IMG/VR virus record: IMGVR_UViG_3300033802_000252
Location: 13,891-77,890 of that record
DNA length: 64,000 nucleotides
Strand: one strand, 5' to 3'
From: a virus
The notes below the pieces were generated by a model. It saw nothing but the letters and a program-made list of their open reading frames with translations, was not told where the DNA came from and made no database searches. Shown here in pieces: positions 32,027-41,763 of the stretch. Position numbers and translations under genes: made by a program. The stretch's first letter is position 1; each line of letters opens with the position of its first letter.

Positions 32027-32692
32027 TTGAATAGTTGTATCTTTATTCCGAAACGTGTTTTTCCAAATAAAAAGAACGACAGATGCCTTTTTCCTGATGA
32101 GCTATATCTGTATTCTTTGCTTTACCGATGGAGAAGTATCTATGATCATTTGATTGCTATTAACGTTGATGGAATAAGTGAATTGTGTCCATACAAATTT
32201 ATGACAATTCAAGCGAAGGGGAATGACACCAGAAATAAAACCAAAATCAAACAGCTGCTAAGCAACTTATGTGAAACAAAATATCTTGAAATCAATAAAG
32301 ATATAAAAACAGCAAAAAATAATGAATTGCTACGCATTCATTTTTTAGACAGAGCAGAGTATGATTTTTATACCATTGCCTATGATTTATTTGATCAATT
32401 TCATCACCCTTTAGAATATTTTATTTATTGCTATATTGATACCAATGGCTCTGAAGGAAAAGCAATATCATATAACAAGTGGAGTGAAATTACAAATACT
32501 AGCCGTTATACATTGGATCGAGTTCTTGATAAAATGAATTCTGATTCGTTTAGACCGAGAATATGGAAAATTCCAGGAGAGTATTATCAAGAAAAAGGAG
32601 AGTATAGGCAGCATAAGAATGTGTATTATACAAGACCCAGAGAAGATATAAAAGCACAATGGTATAGGTTGTATGGAGCTAAACAAGTATAA
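32027..32692 (+). CDS. Tandem winged-helix-like DNA-binding protein (Rep-like)
   Basis: Repeated ELYLYSLL / EYFIYCYI helices, ISYNKWSEITNTSRYTL, KNVYY; TTG start after GGAGG. Confidence 0.45.
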   Translation: MNSCIFIPKRVFPNKKNDRCLFPDELYLYSLLYRWRSIYDHLIAINVDGISELCPYKFMTIQAKGNDTRNKTKIKQLLSNLCETKYLEINKDIKTAKNNELLRIHFLDRAEYDFYTIAYDLFDQFHHPLEYFIYCYIDTNGSEGKAISYNKWSEITNTSRYTLDRVLDKMNSDSFRPRIWKIPGEYYQEKGEYRQHKNVYYTRPREDIKAQWYRLYGAKQV

Positions 32693-33257
32693 GATTTTAA
32701 AAATATAATTAGCGATTATGTATTAAATTATAAATAATCAATTTAGAGGCTTTTATAGACGTTGACATTTAATTTGGGATGAAGTGTACCCTGTTGATAT
32801 GAAAACGTCTGTAAAAGCCTTATATTTTGTTTAAAATGGGTATGTGACGTTTAGGTATACTGAAGATAGAGGGTTATCATGGATGAGTTAATATGGATTT
32901 GGATCTGGAGTAATCGATAGGTGAATATGATCGAAATATTAGATTTCGCTAATTAGGGTGGCAAGATTGATTTTTTGTTGTGTTAGTAGGCTTTAGGATG
33001 ATTTTTGAGTGGGAATTTGATTTGAACGTTTCGATTTTTTGGCTTTAGGATAAGGAATATTGGGACGTATGGATTGGTTATTGGGATTTTAGTGATTTTA
33101 AGCAGGGGATGTTTTTGTTGTGTTTATTGGATTTTTGCGATTATGAGTACGATGTGATTTTGAGGTAATTTGTATAATTTTGAGGTTATTTTTGGTAAAT
33201 CGATGGTATTTTATATTTGGTGTGTGGATTTACGTGCTAACCACTCAGCTGACTGAA

Positions 33258-33271
33258 CGAACAGTTGTTCG
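33258..33271. promoter_or_regulatory. LexA (SOS) box
   Basis: CGAACAGTTGTTCG matches Bacillota CGAAC-N4-GTTCG. Confidence 0.75.
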
Positions 33272-33827
33272 CATGTTAACTATCCCCCCTGCATGGTCAA
33301 GAATGGTCAAAATATGCCGATACTATGCGATATGGGAACATAAAGGAAGAAAGTGGGAAATAGTCAACCGAGTATAAAAAGCGACTCCTGGCATGATCAA
33401 CTACGAAAAAGGAAATATAAGGAATTAATAAATATATTAAAAATACGAACAAAGAGCGAACATAAAAAATGGGAAATCCTGTAAAATCGAGTGGTAACAT
33501 TACGCCACTGCTTGAAGTCATAACTCCAATATATGAACATACATTCATACAAAATAAAAACCAAAATATCACAAACATATGAACAATTATTCATATAAAA
33601 TAAAGCAGCAGCATATAAAATAAAGCAGCAATACATGAACATCTATTCATATATACTCATATACACTCAAACATCATCGCAAACAAATAATAAACATTAT
33701 TTATCACATACTAAAAAACCGATAAAAAATAATATGCATAAAAAATAAAAAAAATCATTAAAAAAGAAGGAATCATTTCGTACAGGTCGAATATATATAC
33801 TACAGTAAAATAGAATAAACAAAGAAG

Positions 33828-34022
33828 GTGAAAAAAGTGGATAATATCTATATCGTCACGTACTACGACGAATACACCGAACAAATCGAAAAAATTGAGT
33901 GCAAAGATACAGACGAGGCAAACATGGTCTACAGTACGCTGTATAATCAAACCGGCGTAAAAGATTTGCACATCGTGGAATATGATGTAATCAACAAGAC
34001 TCATCACTTATATCAGCTTTAA
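33828..34022 (+). CDS. Small hypothetical early protein
   Basis: ORF, first of the rightward early cluster. Confidence 0.5.
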   Translation: MKKVDNIYIVTYYDEYTEQIEKIECKDTDEANMVYSTLYNQTGVKDLHIVEYDVINKTHHLYQL

Positions 34023-34090
34023 TCACTGCACAGCAAGCATGATCTTGTCATGATCATGCTTGCGATGGAGTGATTAAGACACTCTAAAAA
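34021..34090 (+). repeat. Structured intergenic repeat, copy 1
   Basis: ATCACTGCACAG-[hairpin]-GATGGAGTGATTAA..ACACTCTAAAAAA. Confidence 0.75.
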
Positions 34091-34111
34091 AAATACAGGA
34101 GGATAAAAAAA

Positions 34112-34324
34112 ATGAGAAAAAAAACATTTGAAGAAACTATAGCTTACTACAACGCAAAAAAAATTAGTAGTCGTGATGACCGCGACATTTATGTTGGAAC
34201 TTGTTTAACAGGATATGTAATTTTAGAAAAAGCGGCGTCTGGCTACTCTTTGCATCTTGTTACAAAAGATCATTTTAATGCAATACAAGCATATAATAAC
34301 ACACATAGCACAGATCAGATTTGA
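34112..34324 (+). CDS. Small hypothetical early protein
   Basis: AGGAGG RBS. Confidence 0.6.
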   Translation: MRKKTFEETIAYYNAKKISSRDDRDIYVGTCLTGYVILEKAASGYSLHLVTKDHFNAIQAYNNTHSTDQI

Positions 34325-34394
34325 TCACTGCACAGGACACATGATCATATAAGAATCATGTGTCTGATGGAGTGATTAAATACACTCTAAAAAA
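34323..34394 (+). repeat. Structured intergenic repeat, copy 2
   Basis: Same flanks as copy 1, different but still pairing inner stem. Confidence 0.75.
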
Positions 34395-34417
34395 TAAAAA
34401 GTAAAGGATGATGAAAA

Positions 34418-34963
34418 ATGTCTCAAAATCCTATCTTAGATCGCATTTTGAAAGAAGAGAAGGCAGTCAAGCGTATCATTGCTAACACAATTTTGACACG
34501 TAACATCAAGCAATCAAGCTATCTTGACATTGACGATATCTATCAAGACATCCTCGAATATACGCTCGACTATGACAGAGCATCTAAACGCTTTAAAGAC
34601 ATTGACAAATACTTTTACGGCTCGATCAAAATGCTTACAATTGACTTTATACTAAAAGAGCAGAGACGGCTTCATCGCTTCCACATGTCTGCAATCGGTC
34701 ATACTACCAAAGATAAGAGCGGCAACCGCAAATCCATCGTTGGATACGAGCATCATAAACGTTTATCACACCCGACATTTACGCACATATCTGACACAAT
34801 GATGTCGATCAAAATGACTCTTAAAAATAGCGATTATCAAATCTTTAAACTTTACCTACAGGGTTACACAATGCAAGAGATAGCAAAAAAAGTCAGTTTG
34901 TCATCCGTCCAGTATCGCCTTAACAAAATTAAATTACAAGTCGCCCAAATCCTTAATGACTAA
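34418..34963 (+). CDS. Sigma-70 family (ECF/SigH-like) sigma factor-like protein
   Basis: Region 2-like DIDDIYQD; region 4 IFKLYLQGYTMQEIAKKVSLSSVQYRLNKIK. Confidence 0.65.
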   Translation: MSQNPILDRILKEEKAVKRIIANTILTRNIKQSSYLDIDDIYQDILEYTLDYDRASKRFKDIDKYFYGSIKMLTIDFILKEQRRLHRFHMSAIGHTTKDKSGNRKSIVGYEHHKRLSHPTFTHISDTMMSIKMTLKNSDYQIFKLYLQGYTMQEIAKKVSLSSVQYRLNKIKLQVAQILND

Positions 34964-35051
34964 ATTTTACAGTCGCTATGATATTAAGTCATAGCGACAG
35001 TATTTTTTTGTTATTTTTTTATTGTGTTTTTTTTTATTTTTCCTCATTTCA

Positions 35052-35067
35052 TATCGATATATATAAC
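35052..35067 (+). promoter_or_regulatory. TATCGATATA promoter-like motif
   Basis: TATCGATATA-TATAAC, 43 nt before ATG 35095. Confidence 0.7.
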
Positions 35068-35094
35068 AAGATTGCAATAAGGAGGTTATACATA

Positions 35095-35598
35095 ATGTCT
35101 AATACTATTCCCTATACTCGTTTTCATGATATTTCATTCTTTTTATCTGATCGAGTACATGTTAACAACCTGGAAACAGCTGCAATCAAGCATGGAGGTG
35201 CAACAAAAAATCTTTTGACAGGCCAAGCTTGGTCAAACATCGCTAAAACGGATTATATAGCACTCAATAACAGTGAAAATAAAATATCGCTGTTTGTACC
35301 AGATACAACCAACATTGATACTCAAAACACAAACAAACAACAGGAAATACTTAACAATATCCTGCCAAGAATAAAAGAAAAATATAACAGATATAATATA
35401 TCAACCGCCATTGGGACGTGGTACAGTAGCGACTTGCAAAGGGTTGTATATGACAACCTAATCATTGTAACGGTTACTTTAACAACAGTATCAATAGCTG
35501 ACATTCATGAATTCATCAAAATGGCAAAGTACATAAAACGTGAAATGTCGCAAGAAGGCGTATCAATTATGATCAATGACTCTCTGGCTATAGTCTAA
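35095..35598 (+). CDS. Hypothetical protein
   Basis: ATG behind AAGGAGG; the ORF-track N-terminal extension is likely spurious. Confidence 0.65.
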   Translation: MSNTIPYTRFHDISFFLSDRVHVNNLETAAIKHGGATKNLLTGQAWSNIAKTDYIALNNSENKISLFVPDTTNIDTQNTNKQQEILNNILPRIKEKYNRYNISTAIGTWYSSDLQRVVYDNLIIVTVTLTTVSIADIHEFIKMAKYIKREMSQEGVSIMINDSLAIV

Positions 35599-35650
35599 CA
35601 GACTATAGCCAATATTTTTTTTTGTTTCTTTTTTATTTTTTCTATTCTCG

Positions 35651-35666
35651 TATCGATATATATTAT
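35651..35666 (+). promoter_or_regulatory. TATCGATATA promoter-like motif
   Basis: TATCGATATA-TATTAT. Confidence 0.7.
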
Positions 35667-35700
35667 GAAAATAAAATTTATGTAACAGGAGGTAATACAT

Positions 35701-35967
35701 ATGCAACAAAAATACACGGATGAGCAGATCAATCAAATCGTTTCTGTAGTCGCGAAGGGTTGGAGGCAATCGTATTTTCTGCGTCAACTGTTTGCTACAG
35801 GCACACTCGCATTTCGTTCGTTTGCTGCAAACGCAACTACTAATTATAACGGGAATCGCAAATCATTTTATAACATGTTGTCTCGTCTTGCTGATACAGG
35901 TGTAAAATATCAAATTACACTGGGCAAACGTGGTGGCATGTGGTCTGCTAAGGTTGTCCTGTTGTAA
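35701..35967 (+). CDS. Hypothetical protein
   Basis: AGGAGG RBS; followed by terminator hairpin. Confidence 0.65.
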   Translation: MQQKYTDEQINQIVSVVAKGWRQSYFLRQLFATGTLAFRSFAANATTNYNGNRKSFYNMLSRLADTGVKYQITLGKRGGMWSAKVVLL

Positions 35968-35975
35968 CATCCTAT

Positions 35976-36017
35976 TCCTCACGGTGCAGGTTAATCTGCG
36001 CCGTGAGGAATTTTTTT
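35976..36017 (+). terminator. Rho-independent terminator
   Basis: ttcctcacggtgcag...ctgcgccgtgaggaa + T tract. Confidence 0.75.
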
Positions 36018-36047
36018 GTTTTTTTGTTGTTATATTTTAAGACATAG

Positions 36048-36063
36048 TATCGATATATAATAT
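36048..36063 (+). promoter_or_regulatory. TATCGATATA promoter-like motif
   Basis: TATCGATATA-TAATAT. Confidence 0.7.
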
Positions 36064-36118
36064 AGATAAAATGTATAACAACGAGTCATGAGATAATCAC
36101 TAGACACATAAGGGGAAG

Positions 36119-36472
36119 GTGATAACAATGCATTCAAAATCAATCATTATTGACATTCGCCCAGTCGCTAAACGTTACTACGATCAAGAGAGAGAGCTGA
36201 CATTCGACGAAACAATACGTAAATATAAGAAGGATATTATCAATATTGTTACCCAGGAAGTTAAGAAGCCTGTTTTATTTGACAAGGATATAACAAGCAA
36301 GACTAAAATAAAATTGAACGTTAAGGATCGAGAATTGATCATTACTTATGAATGGGACGAGCTATCAAACATTAACACTTGGTTAAACAGTATGAATAAA
36401 AACCTTGCAATTATATGTAATCATCTATGCTCAAAATCGTTTAACTGTTTTTTTAAAAACGTAGATTTTTAA
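36119..36472 (+). CDS. Hypothetical protein
   Basis: ORF between motif and terminator. Confidence 0.6.
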   Translation: MITMHSKSIIIDIRPVAKRYYDQERELTFDETIRKYKKDIINIVTQEVKKPVLFDKDITSKTKIKLNVKDRELIITYEWDELSNINTWLNSMNKNLAIICNHLCSKSFNCFFKNVDF

Positions 36473-36631
36473 TGCATAATGCCTTGTGATTGATCACGTT
36501 TCAGTCACAAGGCATTTTTTTTTGTTTTTATGTAACAATAATAAAATAAGGTGAGGATGTAAAAATAAAATATTTACAAAAGCATATAATTATGATAGCA
36601 TTAAAAATAAATTAACAGCAGGAGGTTTAGC

Positions 36632-36811
36632 ATGCTTGAATATGACTACCTTTTCTCTGTCCGATACATAAACGGGAGTCAAGAATATCATGTTATTACT
36701 GCAAATAATACAGTTAATGCATACAACAAGCTTTTTAAGCTTGTGGATGTTGATAGTATCCAGACCATAACAACCGTTGAAAAGGAATCATATTTATACA
36801 GTAATTCATAA
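36632..36811 (+). CDS. Small hypothetical protein (not in ORF track)
   Basis: AGGAGG RBS, MLEYDYLFSVRY..., followed by terminator. Confidence 0.55.
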   Translation: MLEYDYLFSVRYINGSQEYHVITANNTVNAYNKLFKLVDVDSIQTITTVEKESYLYSNS

Positions 36812-36898
36812 CATAAATTAAGTCTTATTTAACCCATAACAGATCAATCGTCTGTTATGGGTTATTTTTTTTGTTTATTGTTAAATAGTCGTTTCTTA

Positions 36899-36914
36899 TA
36901 TCGATATATGTTAT
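36899..36914 (+). promoter_or_regulatory. TATCGATATA promoter-like motif
   Basis: TATCGATATA-TGTTAT. Confidence 0.7.
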
Positions 36915-36941
36915 AGAGGATTACAGAAGGGAAGTGATATA

Positions 36942-37247
36942 ATGTCCACTCCAAGGTTAACAGAACAGCAACTGCTTCAAGTGCTGCCGATCTTATCAAG
37001 AAACCTTCATAATATCTATGTAACAGAACATGCTGAACAGCGCATGAATGAACGTAATATTACATATGACGATGTTTTAACAGCACTTCATAAGCCTATG
37101 CAGCTTGTCGATGTTCGATACGACGAAGTTTTTAAGGGTTACAAATATAAAATAACAGGAGTGGATAAAAACAAGGAAGTTGTAGTTGCAATTGATGGTG
37201 TAAAGCGTCACATACATATTGTAACAGTTATTAATAAACTGCTATAA
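36942..37247 (+). CDS. DUF4258-like (RelE/BrnT-fold) protein
   Basis: TEHAEQRMNERNITYDDV...HIVTV motif. Confidence 0.65.
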   Translation: MSTPRLTEQQLLQVLPILSRNLHNIYVTEHAEQRMNERNITYDDVLTALHKPMQLVDVRYDEVFKGYKYKITGVDKNKEVVVAIDGVKRHIHIVTVINKLL

Positions 37248-37354
37248 TAAGTACAATTGAAGATTGACGTTTTGTAGTTGATGACAACATAAAATTGATA
37301 GACTTATATGTTAAATTAAATGTGGTCAAATACGAATAACAAAGGAGTGATTAA

Positions 37355-37519
37355 ATGAATCATACTGGTACACTTTGCGTTAAATGCGGCCATAGAGGGT
37401 TTACCAAAATTCAAAAACCATATGACAGCGTGCATATAACAGCACTGGAGTGTAACAATTGCAAATCAATCATCTATCCTCATGAATCAATGGTGATTAT
37501 TCAAACAAACAAAGAATAG
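37355..37519 (+). CDS. Small Zn-ribbon protein (not in ORF track)
   Basis: CVKC...CNNC, AGGAG RBS. Confidence 0.55.
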   Translation: MNHTGTLCVKCGHRGFTKIQKPYDSVHITALECNNCKSIIYPHESMVIIQTNKE

Positions 37520-37575
37520 GCGGTAACAAATTAATCATGTTGCCGTCTGTTCCTTTTTTATTTTTAAATAGCAGA

Positions 37576-37585
37576 TATCGATATA
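37576..37585 (+). promoter_or_regulatory. TATCGATATA motif (variant downstream hexamer)
   Basis: TATCGATATA after terminator. Confidence 0.6.
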
Positions 37586-37702
37586 ATATCTAGATGATAT
37601 ATTAGGAGGAGGCGACACTAAACAGCGCATTAAGCCATGAGCGTTAGACCGCTTTATATGCGGTCTAGGTTGCGATATAATCCACTTATAGGAGGTAATC
37701 AC

Positions 37703-38140
37703 ATGCAACTAACAGACAAGTTATATTACAACGGTTTAACCTTTTACCATGTAGGTAATACAAGCGACAACGATCGTATTTACGAGTCATTGGACGAATT
37801 GATACATTACACAATAACAACAGCACCAGCAGACTATGACGGTGTTTTAATTGCTGTTGTTGACGAGTCTTTTAGAGAGTCGGAGAACGATGACATGATA
37901 CGTTATTTTGACAGCGAAACAGGAAAGGAAGAAACAATAGATGATATAACGGTAATAGAAAAATTAGAAAGCGAACTAACAGAAAGGTTTAACAGTTGCA
38001 CTAATAAAGAACTGGTTTTATTCTCTTACAATGGAATAAGCATAACTAACCCGTTTTTATCTGAATGCATGCGCTATGCTGTATATCCACGATATTATGG
38101 AGTTGACAATATTAATAAAGCAATTGCAGCATTATCATAA
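37703..38140 (+). CDS. Hypothetical acidic protein
   Basis: ATG behind AGGAGG. Confidence 0.6.
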   Translation: MQLTDKLYYNGLTFYHVGNTSDNDRIYESLDELIHYTITTAPADYDGVLIAVVDESFRESENDDMIRYFDSETGKEETIDDITVIEKLESELTERFNSCTNKELVLFSYNGISITNPFLSECMRYAVYPRYYGVDNINKAIAALS

Positions 38141-38146
38141 AGCGGT

Positions 38147-38162
38147 TAAAAGCAGGATTTTA
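38147..38162. repeat. TAAAA-N6-TTTTA junction site
   Basis: TAAAA GCAGGA TTTTA just after stop 38140. Confidence 0.55.
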
Positions 38163-38196
38163 ACACGAATAAAAAATAGAACAGATGACAGACAAG

Positions 38197-38292
38197 ACAT
38201 TATTGACGCACTTGACAGAGGGGAAGACGTAAACGGTTGGGAAGACGGTGCAGGAAATACGATTTATGTCTAATAAATGATCATGCCCAGGT
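38197..38292 (+). repeat. 96-bp direct repeat, copy 1
   Basis: Identical to 39388-39483. Confidence 0.9.
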
Positions 38293-38347
38293 GAGGATAG
38301 ACAATAGTAAAGAAGTAGAGCGCAATTAAAAAGGAGTTGTAGCAAAA

Positions 38348-38551
38348 ATGAAACTTATAAAAGGCAATCAGTATAATTACGTTTCTATTGCCGGCAATAT
38401 TCCAGTTATATTTATTGCGGAAGAAAAAGACTTCATAGAACATCATTGCAATTATTGCAATAAAAAAATTAGGCATATTTATTTTTTCGAAGATGATCGA
38501 AAATCAACGTATGCTTTCGGTAGCGAATGTATCAAAAAGATTATTCGTTAA
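38348..38551 (+). CDS. Small Zn-binding protein
   Basis: CNYC..H..FGSEC motif, AGGAG RBS. Confidence 0.6.
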   Translation: MKLIKGNQYNYVSIAGNIPVIFIAEEKDFIEHHCNYCNKKIRHIYFFEDDRKSTYAFGSECIKKIIR

Positions 38552-38894
38552 AGATTGAAACAACTTTAACAGTTAAAGACACGCTAGAAACCGCCAAACG
38601 TTACGTTTTAACATTAGTCCAGCAGGAACAAGAACAAGAGCAAGAAACAGAAACTGCATAAAAAATAAATATAACAGTCTACAAACGAAAGTTAATTTGT
38701 TTGTAGACTGTTAAACAGGAGGTTATATAACAAAAATGGGAATCACTTTAACAATCGCTAATATTATGTTTGTAATATCTTTAATAAACGTTTTCGTTGT
38801 TATTGGCTTAAACGTCACTAAAATTTGCGGACTATGAAGAAATTGAACGTTCCACAATATAACTATCCCGAAACATAACAGGAGTTGAAAAATA

Positions 38895-39347
38895 ATGCTA
38901 AAATGGAAAAATCGTAAAGCTAGAGTATCGTATCATAAGGAATGGGAAAGTAAAGGCAAAAATCCATTTTTTATTGATGTTAGCGCAGAAGTATCCAAGA
39001 AAGACAAATATCATTATGTAACTCCTAATTGGGATGGAACAGTAACAACATTATGGAATCATGAATTGTCTTTTCAACGTATGCCGGATGAATTTTGGAA
39101 TATTGACGAATGGATGATCGATTTAACACCTGTTCCCTTTGAATTATGGAAAGATGCAATAAATGCAGCAAAAAAACAATTAACATTTTATCATCACAGT
39201 CACTACGCACACAAGCGATTAGAGGAGGTTTTAAGCGATTTAGTAAAATATCCGTCAATGTCTCCACAAAGAGAAAAATTAATCAATATGTCGGCACATG
39301 ATATAATTAGAAAGTTTTATGATCCTGAGTATGTAGATATACATTAA
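38895..39347 (+). CDS. Hypothetical protein
   Basis: AGGAG RBS. Confidence 0.6.
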   Translation: MLKWKNRKARVSYHKEWESKGKNPFFIDVSAEVSKKDKYHYVTPNWDGTVTTLWNHELSFQRMPDEFWNIDEWMIDLTPVPFELWKDAINAAKKQLTFYHHSHYAHKRLEEVLSDLVKYPSMSPQREKLINMSAHDIIRKFYDPEYVDIH

Positions 39348-39387
39348 CAGCATAACAGGGAAGGTTTATCCTTCTCTTAAAAAACAA

Positions 39388-39483
39388 ACATTATTGACGC
39401 ACTTGACAGAGGGGAAGACGTAAACGGTTGGGAAGACGGTGCAGGAAATACGATTTATGTCTAATAAATGATCATGCCCAGGT
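39388..39483 (+). repeat. 96-bp direct repeat, copy 2
   Basis: Identical to 38197-38292. Confidence 0.9.
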
Positions 39484-39644
39484 TTCGTACCTGGGCAATA
39501 TATTTATGTGTAAAAAAGGAGTGATACCTATAAAAATCATCGGTGTACTTTTGATCCTTGCTATTGTCTTTTATCCTTTAATCATTCGATTCCCTTATTT
39601 TTCTGACGATAAATAATAAAATATTATTAATATAATACGTTTCA

Positions 39645-39660
39645 TATCGATATATATTAT
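39645..39660 (+). promoter_or_regulatory. TATCGATATA promoter-like motif
   Basis: TATCGATATA-TATTAT. Confidence 0.7.
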
Positions 39661-39693
39661 AGGGATAACTTTATAACACTGGAGGAATAAACA

Positions 39694-40326
39694 ATGACCG
39701 TCTCTGTTAATGAAACGCTTGATTTTGTATCCGACTTGTTAGGCGAAGCAATTTTTTCGGTCGATTCAAAACACTACAAAGATTTGACCGATGAACAAAA
39801 GGATCAAGTCAAGCAAACTTTTTTCCGTATGCTTGATGCCGAAAATATCAACGTTACAAGAATATTGATTGAACAAGCTGCTTCTATCTTTGTCAATTCT
39901 CCACTGGATTCACTTCTGCAGGAATACAAAAATCTTAAAAGTGAATTTTATCCTGCGCTTCAAAGTATTCAACCAGGACAGAAAATCACTATCGTTAAAT
40001 TTTCTGAATTTGGCTTCCCAATTCATTTTCAAACAACAGTTCACAGTATAACAATCAAACCATACGCACAGTATGAAGAAACACTTTATATTCTCCATAG
40101 ACCAAAACGCAAACGATCATTATACGGAACAAGAATTTGCCCTTATGAATCATTTTTTGTTTATGATGGTTGGATTGATATTGACATGGACAATATTATG
40201 CATAACACGTCCAAAACGGATTCTGCCACTATTAAAACAACAAGATATGTCAGTTTTAATCGTGGTTTTCTTCATGATGTTTTATCCATCATTGACAAAG
40301 AGCCTCTTTACAGATATAAAATATAA
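39694..40326 (+). CDS. Hypothetical protein
   Basis: GGAGG RBS. Confidence 0.65.
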   Translation: MTVSVNETLDFVSDLLGEAIFSVDSKHYKDLTDEQKDQVKQTFFRMLDAENINVTRILIEQAASIFVNSPLDSLLQEYKNLKSEFYPALQSIQPGQKITIVKFSEFGFPIHFQTTVHSITIKPYAQYEETLYILHRPKRKRSLYGTRICPYESFFVYDGWIDIDMDNIMHNTSKTDSATIKTTRYVSFNRGFLHDVLSIIDKEPLYRYKI

Positions 40327-40347
40327 TAACACGATTAAAAGGAGGGA

Positions 40348-40668
40348 ATGTACATGACTTTGTATACACTACTGGACAGAACTGCGATTAAAACGGCGTT
40401 GAGTGCATATCTTAATGCTGAACAACAACGCGTAGCCGTTTTAGATGACCGGCAAATTCAGATGTTATTTTCCAAAGATCAAAATGAAGAAGCTAGGAAA
40501 TTAATTGATCTGCGATATCCTGAAGCCCGCAAAGTTAAAGTAAGAGCAATTGAGCTTATTAAGGTAATGACACAAAACATTGAGGAATGGAAAGGAGTTG
40601 ATCCAGAGGATGTATATTACAGTGTAGTTCAATTTAACAAACTTGTAGAACTTGCTAAACAAATATGA
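40348..40668 (+). CDS. Hypothetical protein
   Basis: AGGAGG RBS. Confidence 0.6.
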   Translation: MYMTLYTLLDRTAIKTALSAYLNAEQQRVAVLDDRQIQMLFSKDQNEEARKLIDLRYPEARKVKVRAIELIKVMTQNIEEWKGVDPEDVYYSVVQFNKLVELAKQI

Positions 40669-40716
40669 CTATCAATGTTATAATCATACATATATAACCT
40701 GGATAGGAGGGATACC

Positions 40717-40917
40717 ATGTCTAAACTAAAGGTGATTAAATCACATGTGACGTATAACCATGAAACGCTGCCCGATGGCAAATATCGTTTGTCCAAGGTT
40801 ATCAAGGAGTATGATAAAGATCAATACCAACAAATGATTGATGATACATTTAAGTTGATTCGGGGTGAGATTTCAGAAAGTAAACTTTATCAAGAGTGGA
40901 AACGGAGTGAAAAATAA
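40717..40917 (+). CDS. Small hypothetical protein
   Basis: AGGAGG RBS. Confidence 0.6.
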   Translation: MSKLKVIKSHVTYNHETLPDGKYRLSKVIKEYDKDQYQQMIDDTFKLIRGEISESKLYQEWKRSEK

Positions 40918-40998
40918 TTCTATCTTTTTCAAGTGCATAAAGAGTCAATAAATTTATGCACTTTATAAAGGGTAGAATCGTTATTATTTATCTTCTCA

Positions 40999-41014
40999 TA
41001 TCGATATATACTAT
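40999..41014 (+). promoter_or_regulatory. TATCGATATA promoter-like motif
   Basis: TATCGATATA-TACTAT. Confidence 0.7.
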
Positions 41015-41055
41015 GAAAAACTTCGTCTATAGAGTAAATTTAAACAAAGGAGTGA

Positions 41056-41376
41056 ATGCGTATGCTAAAAACGAAAATCAAGCTTGTAGAAGAAGGAAAG
41101 AGTCGAATCTTTGCTGATTGGAGTCGGCACGCAGGTGTTACGAAGGAGCAATTTATCGAGGGTTTGAAGTGGGTCTGTTCTGATCCGTGTGACGGATCGA
41201 CTGGCGGACATCCTGGGAGATTGACAAGGGAGCTTGGCTGCCACCCTGAGCGCGGTCTAGTCAAAATAAAGCGTCAATATGACGAGACTGGCGGAGTTGT
41301 ATTTTACGAGATCGAGACAGGGCAGCTATGGAGCAAATTAGGCACTGCTTCTATTAGCGCACGAGACAAAATATGA
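41056..41376 (+). CDS. Hypothetical protein
   Basis: AGGAG RBS; higher GC than neighbours. Confidence 0.6.
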   Translation: MRMLKTKIKLVEEGKSRIFADWSRHAGVTKEQFIEGLKWVCSDPCDGSTGGHPGRLTRELGCHPERGLVKIKRQYDETGGVVFYEIETGQLWSKLGTASISARDKI

Positions 41377-41747
41377 GAAAGCGCACCATGAGGTGCGCCT
41401 TAGCCCCGACAGTTCGGGGAGCAACGATCCGAAAAAGGTTGTAAGTTAATGATTAACTATGAACCAAACGGATCACCCCTGCTAATGCAAGGAATAACAA
41501 ATTTATTACAATCCACGCACTGCAAGGAGTGCGACAACCTACAAACCTATCGTACTCCTTGGCTACAAAATTGTCAAGTAAAGGAGTAGATTTTAATGGG
41601 CAAAACTGTGATACAGAGCAAATAGGGTTGTCGCTCACATTCTCCTTTTTACTCATTGTTCAAGCGCATAACATATGAGTTGTGCGCTTGCTAGAGTGAG
41701 TAAAAAAAATTTTATTTCTTTATTTTTTATTATTTTTGCCCATCTTA

Positions 41748-41763
41748 TATCGATATATATAAT
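41748..41763 (+). promoter_or_regulatory. TATCGATATA promoter-like motif
   Basis: TATCGATATA-TATAAT. Confidence 0.72.

Noticed and set aside
33180-34007. Hydrophobic ORFs in the skewed non-coding region
   Set aside because: Products of T-rich composition; overlapping frames; no RBS.
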